IMG/VR virus record: IMGVR_UViG_3300036660_000029
Coordinates: 1-43,260 of that record
From: a virus
Lineage: Duplodnaviria > Caudoviricetes
Direction: 5' to 3' (one strand)
Length of the DNA stretch: 43,260 bases
Shown: positions 18,899-27,914 of the stretch, piece after piece
Layout of the letters: every line of letters starts with the position of its first letter
Position numbering within the stretch: position 1 is the stretch's first letter
The notes under the pieces: generated by a model
The model's input: the letters and a program-made list of their open reading frames with translations, nothing else
Databases searched by the model: none
What the model was told of the DNA's origin: nothing
Program-made: the position numbers and the translations under genes

Positions 18899-19066
18899 AT
18901 GAATGAAAATAAACGCAGCCCCGGACAGCCAAAGAAATTTGGTTCTAATAGTCGTATCCTTAGTTTAAGAGTACCGGCAAATAAGTACGAACATTATAAA
19001 AAAGTGTTTCGAGATTTTGTTAATGTTAGCGAAAAAGTAAACAGTAATAATAATGTTACACTTTAA
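18899..19066 (+). CDS. Small DNA-binding regulator (ribbon-helix-helix-like)
   Basis: PGQPKK hook-like segment, then LSLRVP strand and a helix. Confidence 0.55.
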   Translation: MNENKRSPGQPKKFGSNSRILSLRVPANKYEHYKKVFRDFVNVSEKVNSNNNVTL

Positions 19067-19092
19067 TGTATACATTATATCATTATTAGTAT

Positions 19093-19100
19093 TACATTTG
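19093..19100 (+). promoter_or_regulatory. -7 promoter TACATTTG of the early operon
   Basis: TAnnTTTG 21 nt before ATG 19122. Confidence 0.65.
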
Positions 19101-19121
19101 TCCTATACTAAATCAAACAAA

Positions 19122-19253
19122 ATGAAAACATCAATCACACTATCAGAAAAAACAGCTTACGGTATTATGATAGCCGGTACTGCATTAATTACAGGCCTGT
19201 TTATTTACATGCTGGCCTATGGAGATTTTGGATCAATTTATATAGCGTTTTAA
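19122..19253 (+). CDS. Small membrane protein
   Basis: One TM segment; A-rich initiation region before ATG 19122. Confidence 0.6.
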   Translation: MKTSITLSEKTAYGIMIAGTALITGLFIYMLAYGDFGSIYIAF

Positions 19254-19255
19254 CC

Positions 19256-19480
19256 ATGACCAACGAACAATATTATGACAACCTGTACGAGCGTGCAGAG
19301 AGCGTCAATGAAAATGAATGTCCCGATTGTAACGGAACAGGTAAAGAACTAGAAGTGTATTCTTGCTGCGGTGACATCGTGGAAAGTGCAGATCACGACA
19401 ACTGCAAAACTTGCGGTGAGCATTGTGGTTATGTGTTTGAAGATTGCCAGAGTTGTAACGGCGAGGGGGTGGTGATATGA
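19256..19480 (+). CDS. Cys-rich zinc-finger protein (CxxCxGxG repeats)
   Basis: CPDCNGTG, CC, CKTCGEHC and CQSCNGEG. Confidence 0.7.
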   Translation: MTNEQYYDNLYERAESVNENECPDCNGTGKELEVYSCCGDIVESADHDNCKTCGEHCGYVFEDCQSCNGEGVVI

Positions 19481-19677
19481 AACTAAACGAAAACGGGAAC
19501 GTGGAGCTTTACGACTGGCAGGTCAGAAACTTAGTATCTGGCATGAAAAATAATATCGAATTGCTTGAGAAACTCAGAGACCCATTGGCGGGTCTTATTG
19601 TGAGTTTCATCAAAGACGATATGGACACGTTCAAAAAGCATTGTGGAATAGAAACAATTAAAAAACCAATAATATGA
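19477..19677 (+). CDS. Hypothetical protein
   Basis: ATGA-coupled early ORF. Confidence 0.65.
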   Translation: MKLNENGNVELYDWQVRNLVSGMKNNIELLEKLRDPLAGLIVSFIKDDMDTFKKHCGIETIKKPII

Positions 19678-19928
19678 AAATTGAAATTAGTAGTACGTCT
19701 AAAATAGAAGTGGAAATTGAGATTCCTTCTTATTACCAAAAATCATGTCACTCTTACAAGGTGGTTTCTGAAAAGAAGGTTTTAAACCTTTGCGATCTTG
19801 AAGGTTATGAGGCAATCAGTCAATTAGGGATAGGGGTTTTATTCGCTTGCGGTGAGCCAAATAAGATCACAGCCAAACAGTTTGATGATAAAATGTATGA
19901 GATTTCAAATAAACTTCAATTATTATGA
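19674..19928 (+). CDS. Hypothetical protein
   Basis: ATGA-coupled early ORF. Confidence 0.65.
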   Translation: MKIEISSTSKIEVEIEIPSYYQKSCHSYKVVSEKKVLNLCDLEGYEAISQLGIGVLFACGEPNKITAKQFDDKMYEISNKLQLL

Positions 19929-20125
19929 AACTATTAAACATCAAAAGCTCCGCATTCCCGAACGGTGATTACAAAACTTATTCATTCGGGATGCCAAAAC
20001 CTGAGTTGTTGCCTCATAATCACCCGGTTGTACAGGCTATGGCATATCAAAGGGCGGTTAATGAATTTAACGGGTGCAAATCGGCATTAAGGCAAGCGAA
20101 ACGAATAATAAATAAGGTGAGATGA
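19925..20125 (+). CDS. Hypothetical protein
   Basis: ATGA-coupled early ORF. Confidence 0.65.
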   Translation: MKLLNIKSSAFPNGDYKTYSFGMPKPELLPHNHPVVQAMAYQRAVNEFNGCKSALRQAKRIINKVR

Positions 20126-20511
20126 AAAGCATAAACGAAATGTCCAGAAAAGATTTTGAGTCTGTTCCGGATCGTGAAAACTGGAATAGCAAAATTGAGT
20201 TTAGAAGTATGGTAATTTTACCGCAAAGAACTAAGCACGATTCTGGTTATGCTTGTATGGATTTTGTTGCAGTAGATAAAAATGATTTTCCTATTTGTAG
20301 GCTTTCCGGATGTTCGGACGTTATTCACTTTGATGGAATTTCAGGAATGAAGTGGAATGGGAATGGCTTTGAAAACTTTCCGAAGAGTTCTGCATGGTCA
20401 ATAGACTGCCTGTTTAAAAGTAAACTTTTAAGGGTATTTTCAAGGGCAAATATTACGTGCGGCCCATCTTTATCATCATTTGAAATTTACGCTAAAGATA
20501 TTGAGCCATGA
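20122..20511 (+). CDS. Hypothetical phage protein
   Basis: ORF with HDSGY..M and SGCSDVI motifs. Confidence 0.7.
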   Translation: MKSINEMSRKDFESVPDRENWNSKIEFRSMVILPQRTKHDSGYACMDFVAVDKNDFPICRLSGCSDVIHFDGISGMKWNGNGFENFPKSSAWSIDCLFKSKLLRVFSRANITCGPSLSSFEIYAKDIEP

Positions 20512-20621
20512 GCAACCCCGCATCAGATCGCGCCTTTTGGCTCATTATGTTTGCATGTGCAATCCTGGCAATAACTTTTCTTTGCGAGGTTTTTGTTAGA
20601 TTTTATTTGGATGTGATATGA
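20508..20621 (+). CDS. Small membrane protein (37 aa)
   Basis: MSNPASDRAFWLIMFACAILAITFLCEVFVRFYLDVI; ATGA overlaps at both ends. Confidence 0.55.
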   Translation: MSNPASDRAFWLIMFACAILAITFLCEVFVRFYLDVI

Positions 20622-20860
20622 GACAGGACAAAGAACGTGAGGCAGAATTTCAACCTAAACGGATTGAATACGCTATACAACAATTAGAAAAGCTGGGCAT
20701 ACATATTATGTATCAAGATAATACTAAAATCCAATTTCAGCATTTAGGTAAAAAAGTGACCTTGTTCCCATATTCGGGCTGGCATTCAGGAACTACTATT
20801 AAAGACGGAAGGGGTATAGAATTATTATTGATACAATTACGAAATACAATGAATGTTTAG
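20618..20860 (+). CDS. Hypothetical phage protein
   Basis: FPYSGW.SG..I..GRG...LL motif. Confidence 0.7.
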   Translation: MRQDKEREAEFQPKRIEYAIQQLEKLGIHIMYQDNTKIQFQHLGKKVTLFPYSGWHSGTTIKDGRGIELLLIQLRNTMNV

Positions 20861-20958
20861 TATATTAGTAACACCGACTGGAACCGGTATCAACTTACTT
20901 AAATAGCCTTATTTCGGGGGCGGGGCGTTCCAGACCCAAACCCAAGTAAGGCTTTTTT
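20861..20958 (+). promoter_or_regulatory. Structured leader 1: promoter TATATTAG, 5' hairpin, terminator with complementary loop
   Basis: Hairpin loop CTGGAAC (20878-20884) is complementary to GTTCCAG (20927-20933) inside the terminator at 20905-20958. Confidence 0.7.
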
Positions 20959-20970
20959 ATTATAATCAAA

Positions 20971-21870
20971 ATGGCAAAAGAAAACACAGAATTAGCAACA
21001 ACGCAAAGCAATGAACTTGCTAAAAAACCAGCAACCCCAATGCAAGCTATTAAAAGCTACTTTACAGCCGATTCGGTAAAAGGACGCTTTCATGAAATAA
21101 TGGGTAAAAAGGCGCAGGGATTTGTGGCCTCTATTTTACAGGTGGTTTCACAAAGCGAGGCACTGCAAAAAGTAGACCCGGCAACGATATATCAATCGGC
21201 AATGATGGCAGCAACGTTGGATTTACCTATTAATCAAAACCTGGGATTTGCCTACATTATAGGCTACGGTAATAAGGCAACGTTCCAAATGGGTTATAAG
21301 GGATATATTCAGCTTGCTCAAAGGTCAGGACTGTTTAAAACCATTTCCGCCGCTCCGATATTTGAAGGACAACTAATTGAGCAAAACCCGCTGACCGGAT
21401 TTGTATTTGACTTCACCAAAAAATCAAGTGAAAAGATAATTGGTTACGCCGCATACTTTGAACTATTGAACGGGTTTAGCAAAACTATGTTCATGACCGA
21501 AAAGGAATTGAATGATCACGGTGCTAGATTTAGCCAAACATTTAAAAAAGGATTTGGACTTTGGAAAGAAGATTTTAACAGTATGGCAATTAAGACAGTG
21601 CTTAAACTATTGCTTTCAAAGTTTGCTCCGCTTTCAATTGAAATGCAAAGGGCTGTCATTGCAGATCAATCAGTCATACACGATGCCGAAACGCTTGATG
21701 TTGACTATGTAGATAATACCGAACAGTTTAAGACAGGGGCCGCAGAGGTAGAAATGGATAACCTGATCAATCAAATAAATTCAGCTAAATCAAAGGCCGA
21801 ATTAGAATCGTTAGGCACCATTCCGGATCAGTTGCTTGATTTATATAACGAAAAACTCACATCGTTATGA
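20971..21870 (+). CDS. recT: RecT-family single-strand annealing recombinase
   Basis: AATLDLPINQNLGFAYII, FQMGYKGYIQLAQRSG and MAIKTVLK.LL. Confidence 0.9.
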   Translation: MAKENTELATTQSNELAKKPATPMQAIKSYFTADSVKGRFHEIMGKKAQGFVASILQVVSQSEALQKVDPATIYQSAMMAATLDLPINQNLGFAYIIGYGNKATFQMGYKGYIQLAQRSGLFKTISAAPIFEGQLIEQNPLTGFVFDFTKKSSEKIIGYAAYFELLNGFSKTMFMTEKELNDHGARFSQTFKKGFGLWKEDFNSMAIKTVLKLLLSKFAPLSIEMQRAVIADQSVIHDAETLDVDYVDNTEQFKTGAAEVEMDNLINQINSAKSKAELESLGTIPDQLLDLYNEKLTSL

Positions 21871-22523
21871 TAGTTAGATATGACATAGAACAGGGTTCGG
21901 ATAGGTGGCACAAAGAACGATACGGCAAAATATCAGGCACATCATCAAAGGGTTTATTTGTTGACAGCGATACGCTTTTAAATAGCCTGATAGCTTGCAA
22001 TTTAGAGCCGTTTCATTTAGAGCCTCCGGGTTATCAAAATGATGCAATGATAAGAGGAAATGAACTTGAACCTTTTGGCAGAATGGAATTGAGCCGAAAA
22101 ATTAAAATAAAGTTAGTTCAAGCAGGGTGGATTCAGTCAGATATTTCAATAGTCGGTATTTCACCGGATAGTATTTCGGAATGTGAAACTATTGCTTGCG
22201 AGTTAAAATGTCCTGGCCGTGATGTTCATACATCCACTTTAAGGGAGAACAATATCCCATCAAGTAATATACATCAATGCTTGCATTATTTTACATCTCA
22301 CGAAAAGCTTAAAGAATTACACTTTGCATCATTTAGGCCAGAATCAAAAATCAGGCTATTCCATAAGGTATTAACCCGTGAAAGCATTATTAATATAGGA
22401 ACCGCTAAAACCCCTAAAATGTTTAGTATTGAGCATTTGGTTAAACTAGCTAGAAATGAAGCTATGGCAATAGAAACTAAATTATACCAGGAATTAGAAG
22501 CAATTTTAAACGTAAAGAAATGA
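21867..22523 (+). CDS. YqaJ / lambda-type exonuclease
   Basis: QGS..WH..R.G.I.GT, RG.ELEP, SPD and ELKCP. Confidence 0.88.
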   Translation: MIVRYDIEQGSDRWHKERYGKISGTSSKGLFVDSDTLLNSLIACNLEPFHLEPPGYQNDAMIRGNELEPFGRMELSRKIKIKLVQAGWIQSDISIVGISPDSISECETIACELKCPGRDVHTSTLRENNIPSSNIHQCLHYFTSHEKLKELHFASFRPESKIRLFHKVLTRESIINIGTAKTPKMFSIEHLVKLARNEAMAIETKLYQELEAILNVKK

Positions 22524-22801
22524 TATTAATATCTGTTAAGTCCGAGGTGATTGATTTCCGGAGACAGTTTGAAAAGGATTTGGATGCTGAAAGGTATTTG
22601 AAGAGGATTAAGCGGTTAATTAATTTACATAGAGTGTATTTATTAAGGCCGCTTAAACGCGAGATAGCGAAACACCGGCAAAGATCGTTTAATAAAATGA
22701 GAGCGATTCGTTTTTATAAGTACGGAATGCAGACCGCTATCCCGTTACGCATAGAGATTATTAACACAAACGCAAACCAATTACAACTACAAATCAAATG
22801 A
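22520..22801 (+). CDS. Basic hypothetical protein
   Basis: ORF coupled at both ends. Confidence 0.6.
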   Translation: MILISVKSEVIDFRRQFEKDLDAERYLKRIKRLINLHRVYLLRPLKREIAKHRQRSFNKMRAIRFYKYGMQTAIPLRIEIINTNANQLQLQIK

Positions 22802-23880
22802 ATTTTACAGTAACACAAAAAGAATTGAACGCCACCTTAAACGTAGTAATTAAGGCCGTAAAGCAAAACCCGGTATTCCCGATACTTGAACATGTTAAGG
22901 TTAATGTAACAGAAGAAACAATTGTTTTAACTTGTTCAAATCAGAATGTTGAACTATCTGCAACGATTAATGCCAAAAACAAGGATGCGGTTTCATTTTG
23001 CATACCAGCTAAAAAGCTAAGCGATTTAGTCAAGAACCTTGCAGATCAGCCATTGTCATTTGAAGTAAAGGACGGTAAAGCAAAGATCAAATCAAGTTCT
23101 GGTAAATACGAAATACCCACTGAAAGCGTGGAAGATTTTCCGGTATTCAATAAAGATAAAGACGCGGATACGTTTTCAATTTCTGCAACTGACTTTTTTA
23201 ACGGTATTAATAAAACTGAATTTGCAGTATTAAAAGAGAGCGTAGAATCAAGGCCAAACATGGCAGGGGTATTTATTGAACTTAGTGATAAAATAATCTT
23301 TACAGCAACGGATTCACACCGTATGAATCATTGTGAGTTTAAGGCCAGCCCAGCAAAAGGCAGCTTTATTATTCCTTCAACATCTTTGCCAGCTTTGCCG
23401 GATGCAGAAGGCCAGGTATTATGTTCATTATCAAAGAACTCAATCAGCCTTTCATTTGAAAACGGTATTGAGTTTAACTCTTCTTTAGTTGATGAGAAAT
23501 TTCCTGACTATAAAGCAATTATACCTGTAAATGAAAAGGGTTTTGAGGTTGGGAAGAATGAAATAATCGGGGCCTTAAAGCGTGTTATCGGTTTTGCTAA
23601 CGGGATCACAAAACAGGTTAAATTAACATTCGGTAAAACAGTGATTTTATCAGGTGAGGATAAAGCATATTCAGAGAATGCAGAAGAAACCTTAAACGGG
23701 AAATGGCTATTTGATGATTTGCAGATAGGGTTAAACGGTTCAATAATGCTTGAATCATTGCAAAGTCTTGACGGCGATATTGCTTATTTCTCATTATCGG
23801 AAGCTAATAGAGCGGTTATATTAAAAGATGATCCAAAAAGTGAAAATTATATTTTATTAATGCCCATGGTTATAAGTTAA
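22798..23880 (+). CDS. dnaN: DNA polymerase III beta sliding clamp
   Basis: 360 aa; PILE, RP.M.GV, ATDSHRM, FPDY..IIP and terminal LLMPM. Confidence 0.92.
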   Translation: MNFTVTQKELNATLNVVIKAVKQNPVFPILEHVKVNVTEETIVLTCSNQNVELSATINAKNKDAVSFCIPAKKLSDLVKNLADQPLSFEVKDGKAKIKSSSGKYEIPTESVEDFPVFNKDKDADTFSISATDFFNGINKTEFAVLKESVESRPNMAGVFIELSDKIIFTATDSHRMNHCEFKASPAKGSFIIPSTSLPALPDAEGQVLCSLSKNSISLSFENGIEFNSSLVDEKFPDYKAIIPVNEKGFEVGKNEIIGALKRVIGFANGITKQVKLTFGKTVILSGEDKAYSENAEETLNGKWLFDDLQIGLNGSIMLESLQSLDGDIAYFSLSEANRAVILKDDPKSENYILLMPMVIS

Positions 23881-23885
23881 TTTTA

Positions 23886-23986
23886 TATCTTAGTGTTATG
23901 CTTACTGGAGATTAAGCAATCGAAAACATTTAACCGGGTATAGCCGGGTGCGGATCTCCAGTCCAATCCCGGCTGTACCTTTTTTT
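23886..23986 (+). promoter_or_regulatory. Structured leader 2: promoter TATCTTAG, 5' hairpin, terminator with complementary loop
   Basis: TGCTTA-CTGGAGAT-TAAGCA hairpin. ACTGGAGAT (23904-23912) pairs with ATCTCCAGT (23954-23962) in the loop of stem GGTATAGCCGGG/CCCGGCTGTACC, which is followed by a T7 tract. Confidence 0.75.
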
Positions 23987-23993
23987 ATTTAAA

Positions 23994-25385
23994 ATGAAAC
24001 TACAACCACAATTATTTAACGACAAAATCGAATTTGAAAATGTCGTGTCCGTTATCGGCTCAGGCTACGAGGGCCAAGTATCAAAATTAGCCGTAGAGGA
24101 CGGGGTAGCCTATCGGGCAGCTAGAAAAAACATGCAGATACATTCTGCTATTATTCTAAAGATTAACGATGAATTTTCCGGGTTTATGACCTATGAAATC
24201 AATCATGACGCAAAAGAGTTTTGTCTTTTGCAGTCTGCTATGGATTTAAAGAAGAAAAACAAAGAGGTTTATTCGGGCATGGTAGGCGAAATCATTAAAC
24301 AAAACACCTACGGATATCCGATGGTAATGACCGTAAGTCAAAAGCACGATTTAGAAAACCCTAAAGTTTTTTCAGCTATTGGATTTAAAGAATATCTAAA
24401 CATGAGCGGATATTCCTACATGGTATACGGAGAATTTGAACAGGTAAGGATGAAACGTCTTGCACACGCAACAATGACTAATGTCTGGAACTCAACTAAA
24501 GGGGATTGGCTTAAAATGAAAAAAGGCTGGAACGAACAAATAGAAGCGGCTGGAGAAAAATACGAAATTGCAAACCCTAAATTTGCTTCACGGGATGGTT
24601 GCTGGCAGGGTAAAAACGGTATGTCGAATGTTGTTTTGGCAAATCATAGCATTGGCGAAGACGGCGAAGTCCAGCACAACAAGGGGAAATCATTTAACGG
24701 TAACGCATCTGTTCTTGACCCGGTTGCTTGCGAAGTTATCTTGCGCTTCTTTATGCCTATTGAAGGTAAGAGGGTTTACAATCCGTTTGGTGGAGGGGTT
24801 CAGTTTGGATTTATTTCAGGTGCGTGTGGTTACGAATACCTATCAAGCGAGATAAGGCAAAACCAGTGCGATGCTAATAATGCGATTTGTCAGGACTTTG
24901 ACGCTAAATGGCATCAATCCGATTCATCCACGTTTACCCCAGAAAAGAAATATGATTTAGTTTTCAGCTGTCCACCGTATTACAAAGTAGAGGAATATCT
25001 AGATTATGACGGAAAAGCTCCAGAAGGTGAACTAAATACCATCCCTAACTATGAGGCATTTAGAGATACCTTGTTTGAGGGTTACAAAAAAGGCATCGAG
25101 GCAATGAATGATAATTGTTTCTTTGTTGTAATGACAGGTGACAGCCGAGATAAAAACGGGGCGTATTACGGTTGTGAAGCCGAACATGAGATTTGGTTCA
25201 AGCAGCAAGGTTTACATATTTATAATAAGATTGTATATTTAGAATGTGAGTTTACAAGACTTGCACACGCTAAGAGGACTTTGCATTACCGTAAATTCCC
25301 GAAAAGAGAACAAAAGATATTGGTTTTCTACAAAGGCGATATGACAAAGATTAAAGATCGGTTTGTAAATATAGGCCGCTTGTAA
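23994..25385 (+). CDS. Amino (N6-A / N4-C type) DNA methyltransferase with a putative N-terminal GNAT-like domain
   Basis: YNPFGGG motif I and FSCPPYY motif IV; N-terminal FSGFMTY...LLQSAM...FSAIGFK resembles GNAT. Confidence 0.75.
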   Translation: MKLQPQLFNDKIEFENVVSVIGSGYEGQVSKLAVEDGVAYRAARKNMQIHSAIILKINDEFSGFMTYEINHDAKEFCLLQSAMDLKKKNKEVYSGMVGEIIKQNTYGYPMVMTVSQKHDLENPKVFSAIGFKEYLNMSGYSYMVYGEFEQVRMKRLAHATMTNVWNSTKGDWLKMKKGWNEQIEAAGEKYEIANPKFASRDGCWQGKNGMSNVVLANHSIGEDGEVQHNKGKSFNGNASVLDPVACEVILRFFMPIEGKRVYNPFGGGVQFGFISGACGYEYLSSEIRQNQCDANNAICQDFDAKWHQSDSSTFTPEKKYDLVFSCPPYYKVEEYLDYDGKAPEGELNTIPNYEAFRDTLFEGYKKGIEAMNDNCFFVVMTGDSRDKNGAYYGCEAEHEIWFKQQGLHIYNKIVYLECEFTRLAHAKRTLHYRKFPKREQKILVFYKGDMTKIKDRFVNIGRL

Positions 25386-26221
25386 TGCGTGAGTATTCAG
25401 AGAAAATATCGCTAACCCAAAATTCAAGAGGTATCTATTCTTTAGATACCTCTATCGGGTGTGCTTCTGGAATGGAAAACGAAGCCGGTGGTTGCTATAA
25501 TGACTGCTACGCTGCAAAATCTGCAAAGTTATACGGTTATGATTTTAGTAAAACAGTTTTAAGGTCATTTGAAAACGAACGCCAAAGAATACAGATAGTA
25601 AAGAAAATAGGCCGCATAGGTTTAGATTTTGTACGTATCGGAACAAGTGGCGATCCGTCTGAAAACTGGCAACATACTATTTCGATAATTAAGCAAATAG
25701 AGCACTGTAATAAGCAAATCGTAATCATAACCAGGCATTGGACTGAATTAACAGACGAACAGTTACAATATTTTAGCACTATTAATATTTGCATAAATAC
25801 AAGCATTTCAGCACTTGATAAGCCTGAATTATTAGATAGTTGCCTTAACCAATACGAACGGCTTAAACCGTACTGCAAATCAATTTTAAGGGTGGTATCA
25901 GCTAGTTTTAACTTAGATAATCCAGGAGGCCACAGAATGGCTAAAATACAGGCAGCATTATTTAAGAATGATGCCGTGATTGACACTGTATTAAGGGTAA
26001 ATAAAAGCAACCTATTAGTTAAGAGCGGTGTAATTAACGTAACGAAAAGCGAGTTTTTAGGTAAAAAGGCACTTATTAGTAAGTACAATAAAAGCACTTA
26101 TTTTGGCAAATGTTCAACATGTCATGAGATGTGCGGATTGAATGTAAAATCTGAATTACAGCATCCTGAAAAGCCTGGAACGGTTAAACAATTAGGAATA
26201 TTTAAAAGTAAACGGAAATGA
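25385..26221 (+). CDS. Radical-SAM-like Fe-S protein
   Basis: GC-x10-C-x3-CYA, RIGTSGDP, ITR, SISALD and C-terminal CSTCHEMC; Cys spacing is atypical. Confidence 0.55.
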   Translation: MREYSEKISLTQNSRGIYSLDTSIGCASGMENEAGGCYNDCYAAKSAKLYGYDFSKTVLRSFENERQRIQIVKKIGRIGLDFVRIGTSGDPSENWQHTISIIKQIEHCNKQIVIITRHWTELTDEQLQYFSTINICINTSISALDKPELLDSCLNQYERLKPYCKSILRVVSASFNLDNPGGHRMAKIQAALFKNDAVIDTVLRVNKSNLLVKSGVINVTKSEFLGKKALISKYNKSTYFGKCSTCHEMCGLNVKSELQHPEKPGTVKQLGIFKSKRK

Positions 26222-26613
26222 AACAAAAAAACCTATTCGGTGATGAATTTAAGCCGGCAGAAAATACAAAATACTCATCTAAGATTGACGCTCCTATTTA
26301 TGAGCCAAAGAATAAAAAGCCGCATGTTTTAGAACTTGTTAATGAAAGCAAATCTAAAAGAATGATTAAAGAGATTGAAGCCTCGGGTATCCCTAAAGAA
26401 GAAAAGAGATTTTTAATTGAGGCTGCAAAAAGGCACAATGTTTTTAATTATGAAAAGATTGCTGATTATTATGCTCATTCAAGTGCAGAGGTTCAGAACT
26501 TGATGGAAAACTCGGCTTTAGTTATTATTGATTTCAATAAAGCGATTGAATACGGATATGTGAAATTATGTGATGATATTAAATCTCAATACCTAGAAGA
26601 ATATGGAGAATAA
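26218..26613 (+). CDS. Hypothetical protein preceding the glycosyltransferase
   Basis: YSSKIDAPIYEP...IADYYAH...MENSALVIIDF; overlaps the next gene. Confidence 0.7.
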   Translation: MKQKNLFGDEFKPAENTKYSSKIDAPIYEPKNKKPHVLELVNESKSKRMIKEIEASGIPKEEKRFLIEAAKRHNVFNYEKIADYYAHSSAEVQNLMENSALVIIDFNKAIEYGYVKLCDDIKSQYLEEYGE

Positions 26614-27463
26614 TTCTTTTGCGGTTTTTATCTTGACTCACGGGCGGCCAGATAACGTCAAGACAGTGAAAACACTTCAAAGGTGTGGCTATACAGGTAA
26701 AACATATTTCATCGTAGATAATGAAGATGTATCTATTGATAGGTATATCGAAAATTTCGGGTCAGAATACGTTAAGGTTTTCGATAAAAAGGCAATAGCC
26801 GATAGTGTTGACGAGGGTAATAATTTTGATAATAGAAAGGTAATAATACACGCTAGGAATGCTTGTTTTGAGATAGCAAAGGAATTGAATGTAAAGTACT
26901 TCATTCAGCTTGACGATGATTACAAGGGCTTTGGTTACAGGCTTTTAATAAACGAAAAAGGGATTCACGTACCCATAAAGAGCCTAGATTCATATTTTAT
27001 AAAGCTAATTGCTTTTTACGAAACAAGAAATTTTTTAAGTATATCGTTTTCTCAGGGTGGTGATTTCATCGGAGGTCTAAACAACGGCAAAAAACTTTAC
27101 AGGTTTAGCAAAAGAAAATGCATGAACTCTTTTTTGTGTTCAATAGATAGGCCATTTAAGTTTATAGGTTCAATAAATGAAGATGTAAATACTTATACAT
27201 CTCTTGGTAGTCGCGGCGATCTGTTTTTGACAATACCGTTTGTTTCTTTAGACCAAGAAGCTACTCAAAGCAATAAAAGCGGTATGACAGATGTGTATGC
27301 GCTTTCTGGAACATATGTTAAATCATTCCATAGCGTTATGATGCATCCGTCTAGCGTTAAAATTGCCTTAATGCTAAGTAAGCACACTAGAATACATCAT
27401 GCAATAAAATGGATTAATACAGTACCGGTAATCATTAATGAAAAACACAAAAAACATGTTTAA
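26603..27463 (+). CDS. GT-A glycosyltransferase resembling phage DNA-base (TAGT-like) glycosyltransferases
   Basis: FILTHGRP, ARN, QLDDDY, INEDVN and Q.N.SGMT motifs. Confidence 0.65.
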   Translation: MENNSFAVFILTHGRPDNVKTVKTLQRCGYTGKTYFIVDNEDVSIDRYIENFGSEYVKVFDKKAIADSVDEGNNFDNRKVIIHARNACFEIAKELNVKYFIQLDDDYKGFGYRLLINEKGIHVPIKSLDSYFIKLIAFYETRNFLSISFSQGGDFIGGLNNGKKLYRFSKRKCMNSFLCSIDRPFKFIGSINEDVNTYTSLGSRGDLFLTIPFVSLDQEATQSNKSGMTDVYALSGTYVKSFHSVMMHPSSVKIALMLSKHTRIHHAIKWINTVPVIINEKHKKHV

Positions 27464-27668
27464 TAAATTCGGATATTTCAAAGAGTATTACGTAGGCAAT
27501 AAGTTTATAGGGCTTATCAAGTGCGATAAAGACCGGGATACATTTGGATTTTTCGGTCAAAAAGACGAGGTTTTAAATGAAGACATAGTATTCCCCAACA
27601 AGAGTAAAATCAAAAAAGGTACTAAGGTTCAAACCATGCTTTTTGAGTTTTGCGGACTAACTAAATAA
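27456..27668 (+). CDS. Hypothetical protein
   Basis: ORF; start is 27456 or 27438. Confidence 0.6.
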   Translation: MFNKFGYFKEYYVGNKFIGLIKCDKDRDTFGFFGQKDEVLNEDIVFPNKSKIKKGTKVQTMLFEFCGLTK

Positions 27669-27692
27669 ATTAAACAATCTAAACTTAAAAAA

Positions 27693-27914
27693 ATGGAACA
27701 GAATCAATCAGTTAAAGCACAAATCAAGTCCTATTTGCAATCAGGCAAAATCCTTACATCTTGCACAGCCGCAAAGCAATTTTTAACAGCCGATTTACGC
27801 AAATATATATCTGTTCTCAGGTCTGAGGGCTTGAAAATATCGGATGAGTTAGTTGAAAACAACAATAAAAAAAGGTTTAAAAGGTACTTTATTTTACAGG
27901 ATGGAAGCGTATGA
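27693..27914 (+). CDS. Winged helix-turn-helix protein
   Basis: I..YLQSGK.LT...A...LRKYISVLR.EG..I pattern. Confidence 0.7.
   Translation: MEQNQSVKAQIKSYLQSGKILTSCTAAKQFLTADLRKYISVLRSEGLKISDELVENNNKKRFKRYFILQDGSV

Noticed and set aside
20861-20958. Structured intergenic regions as tRNA genes
   Set aside because: No cloverleaf, T-loop or CCA; they end in U-tracts like terminators.
25537-26097. 186-aa minus-strand ORF
   Set aside because: Antisense shadow of the Fe-S protein gene; no supporting signals.
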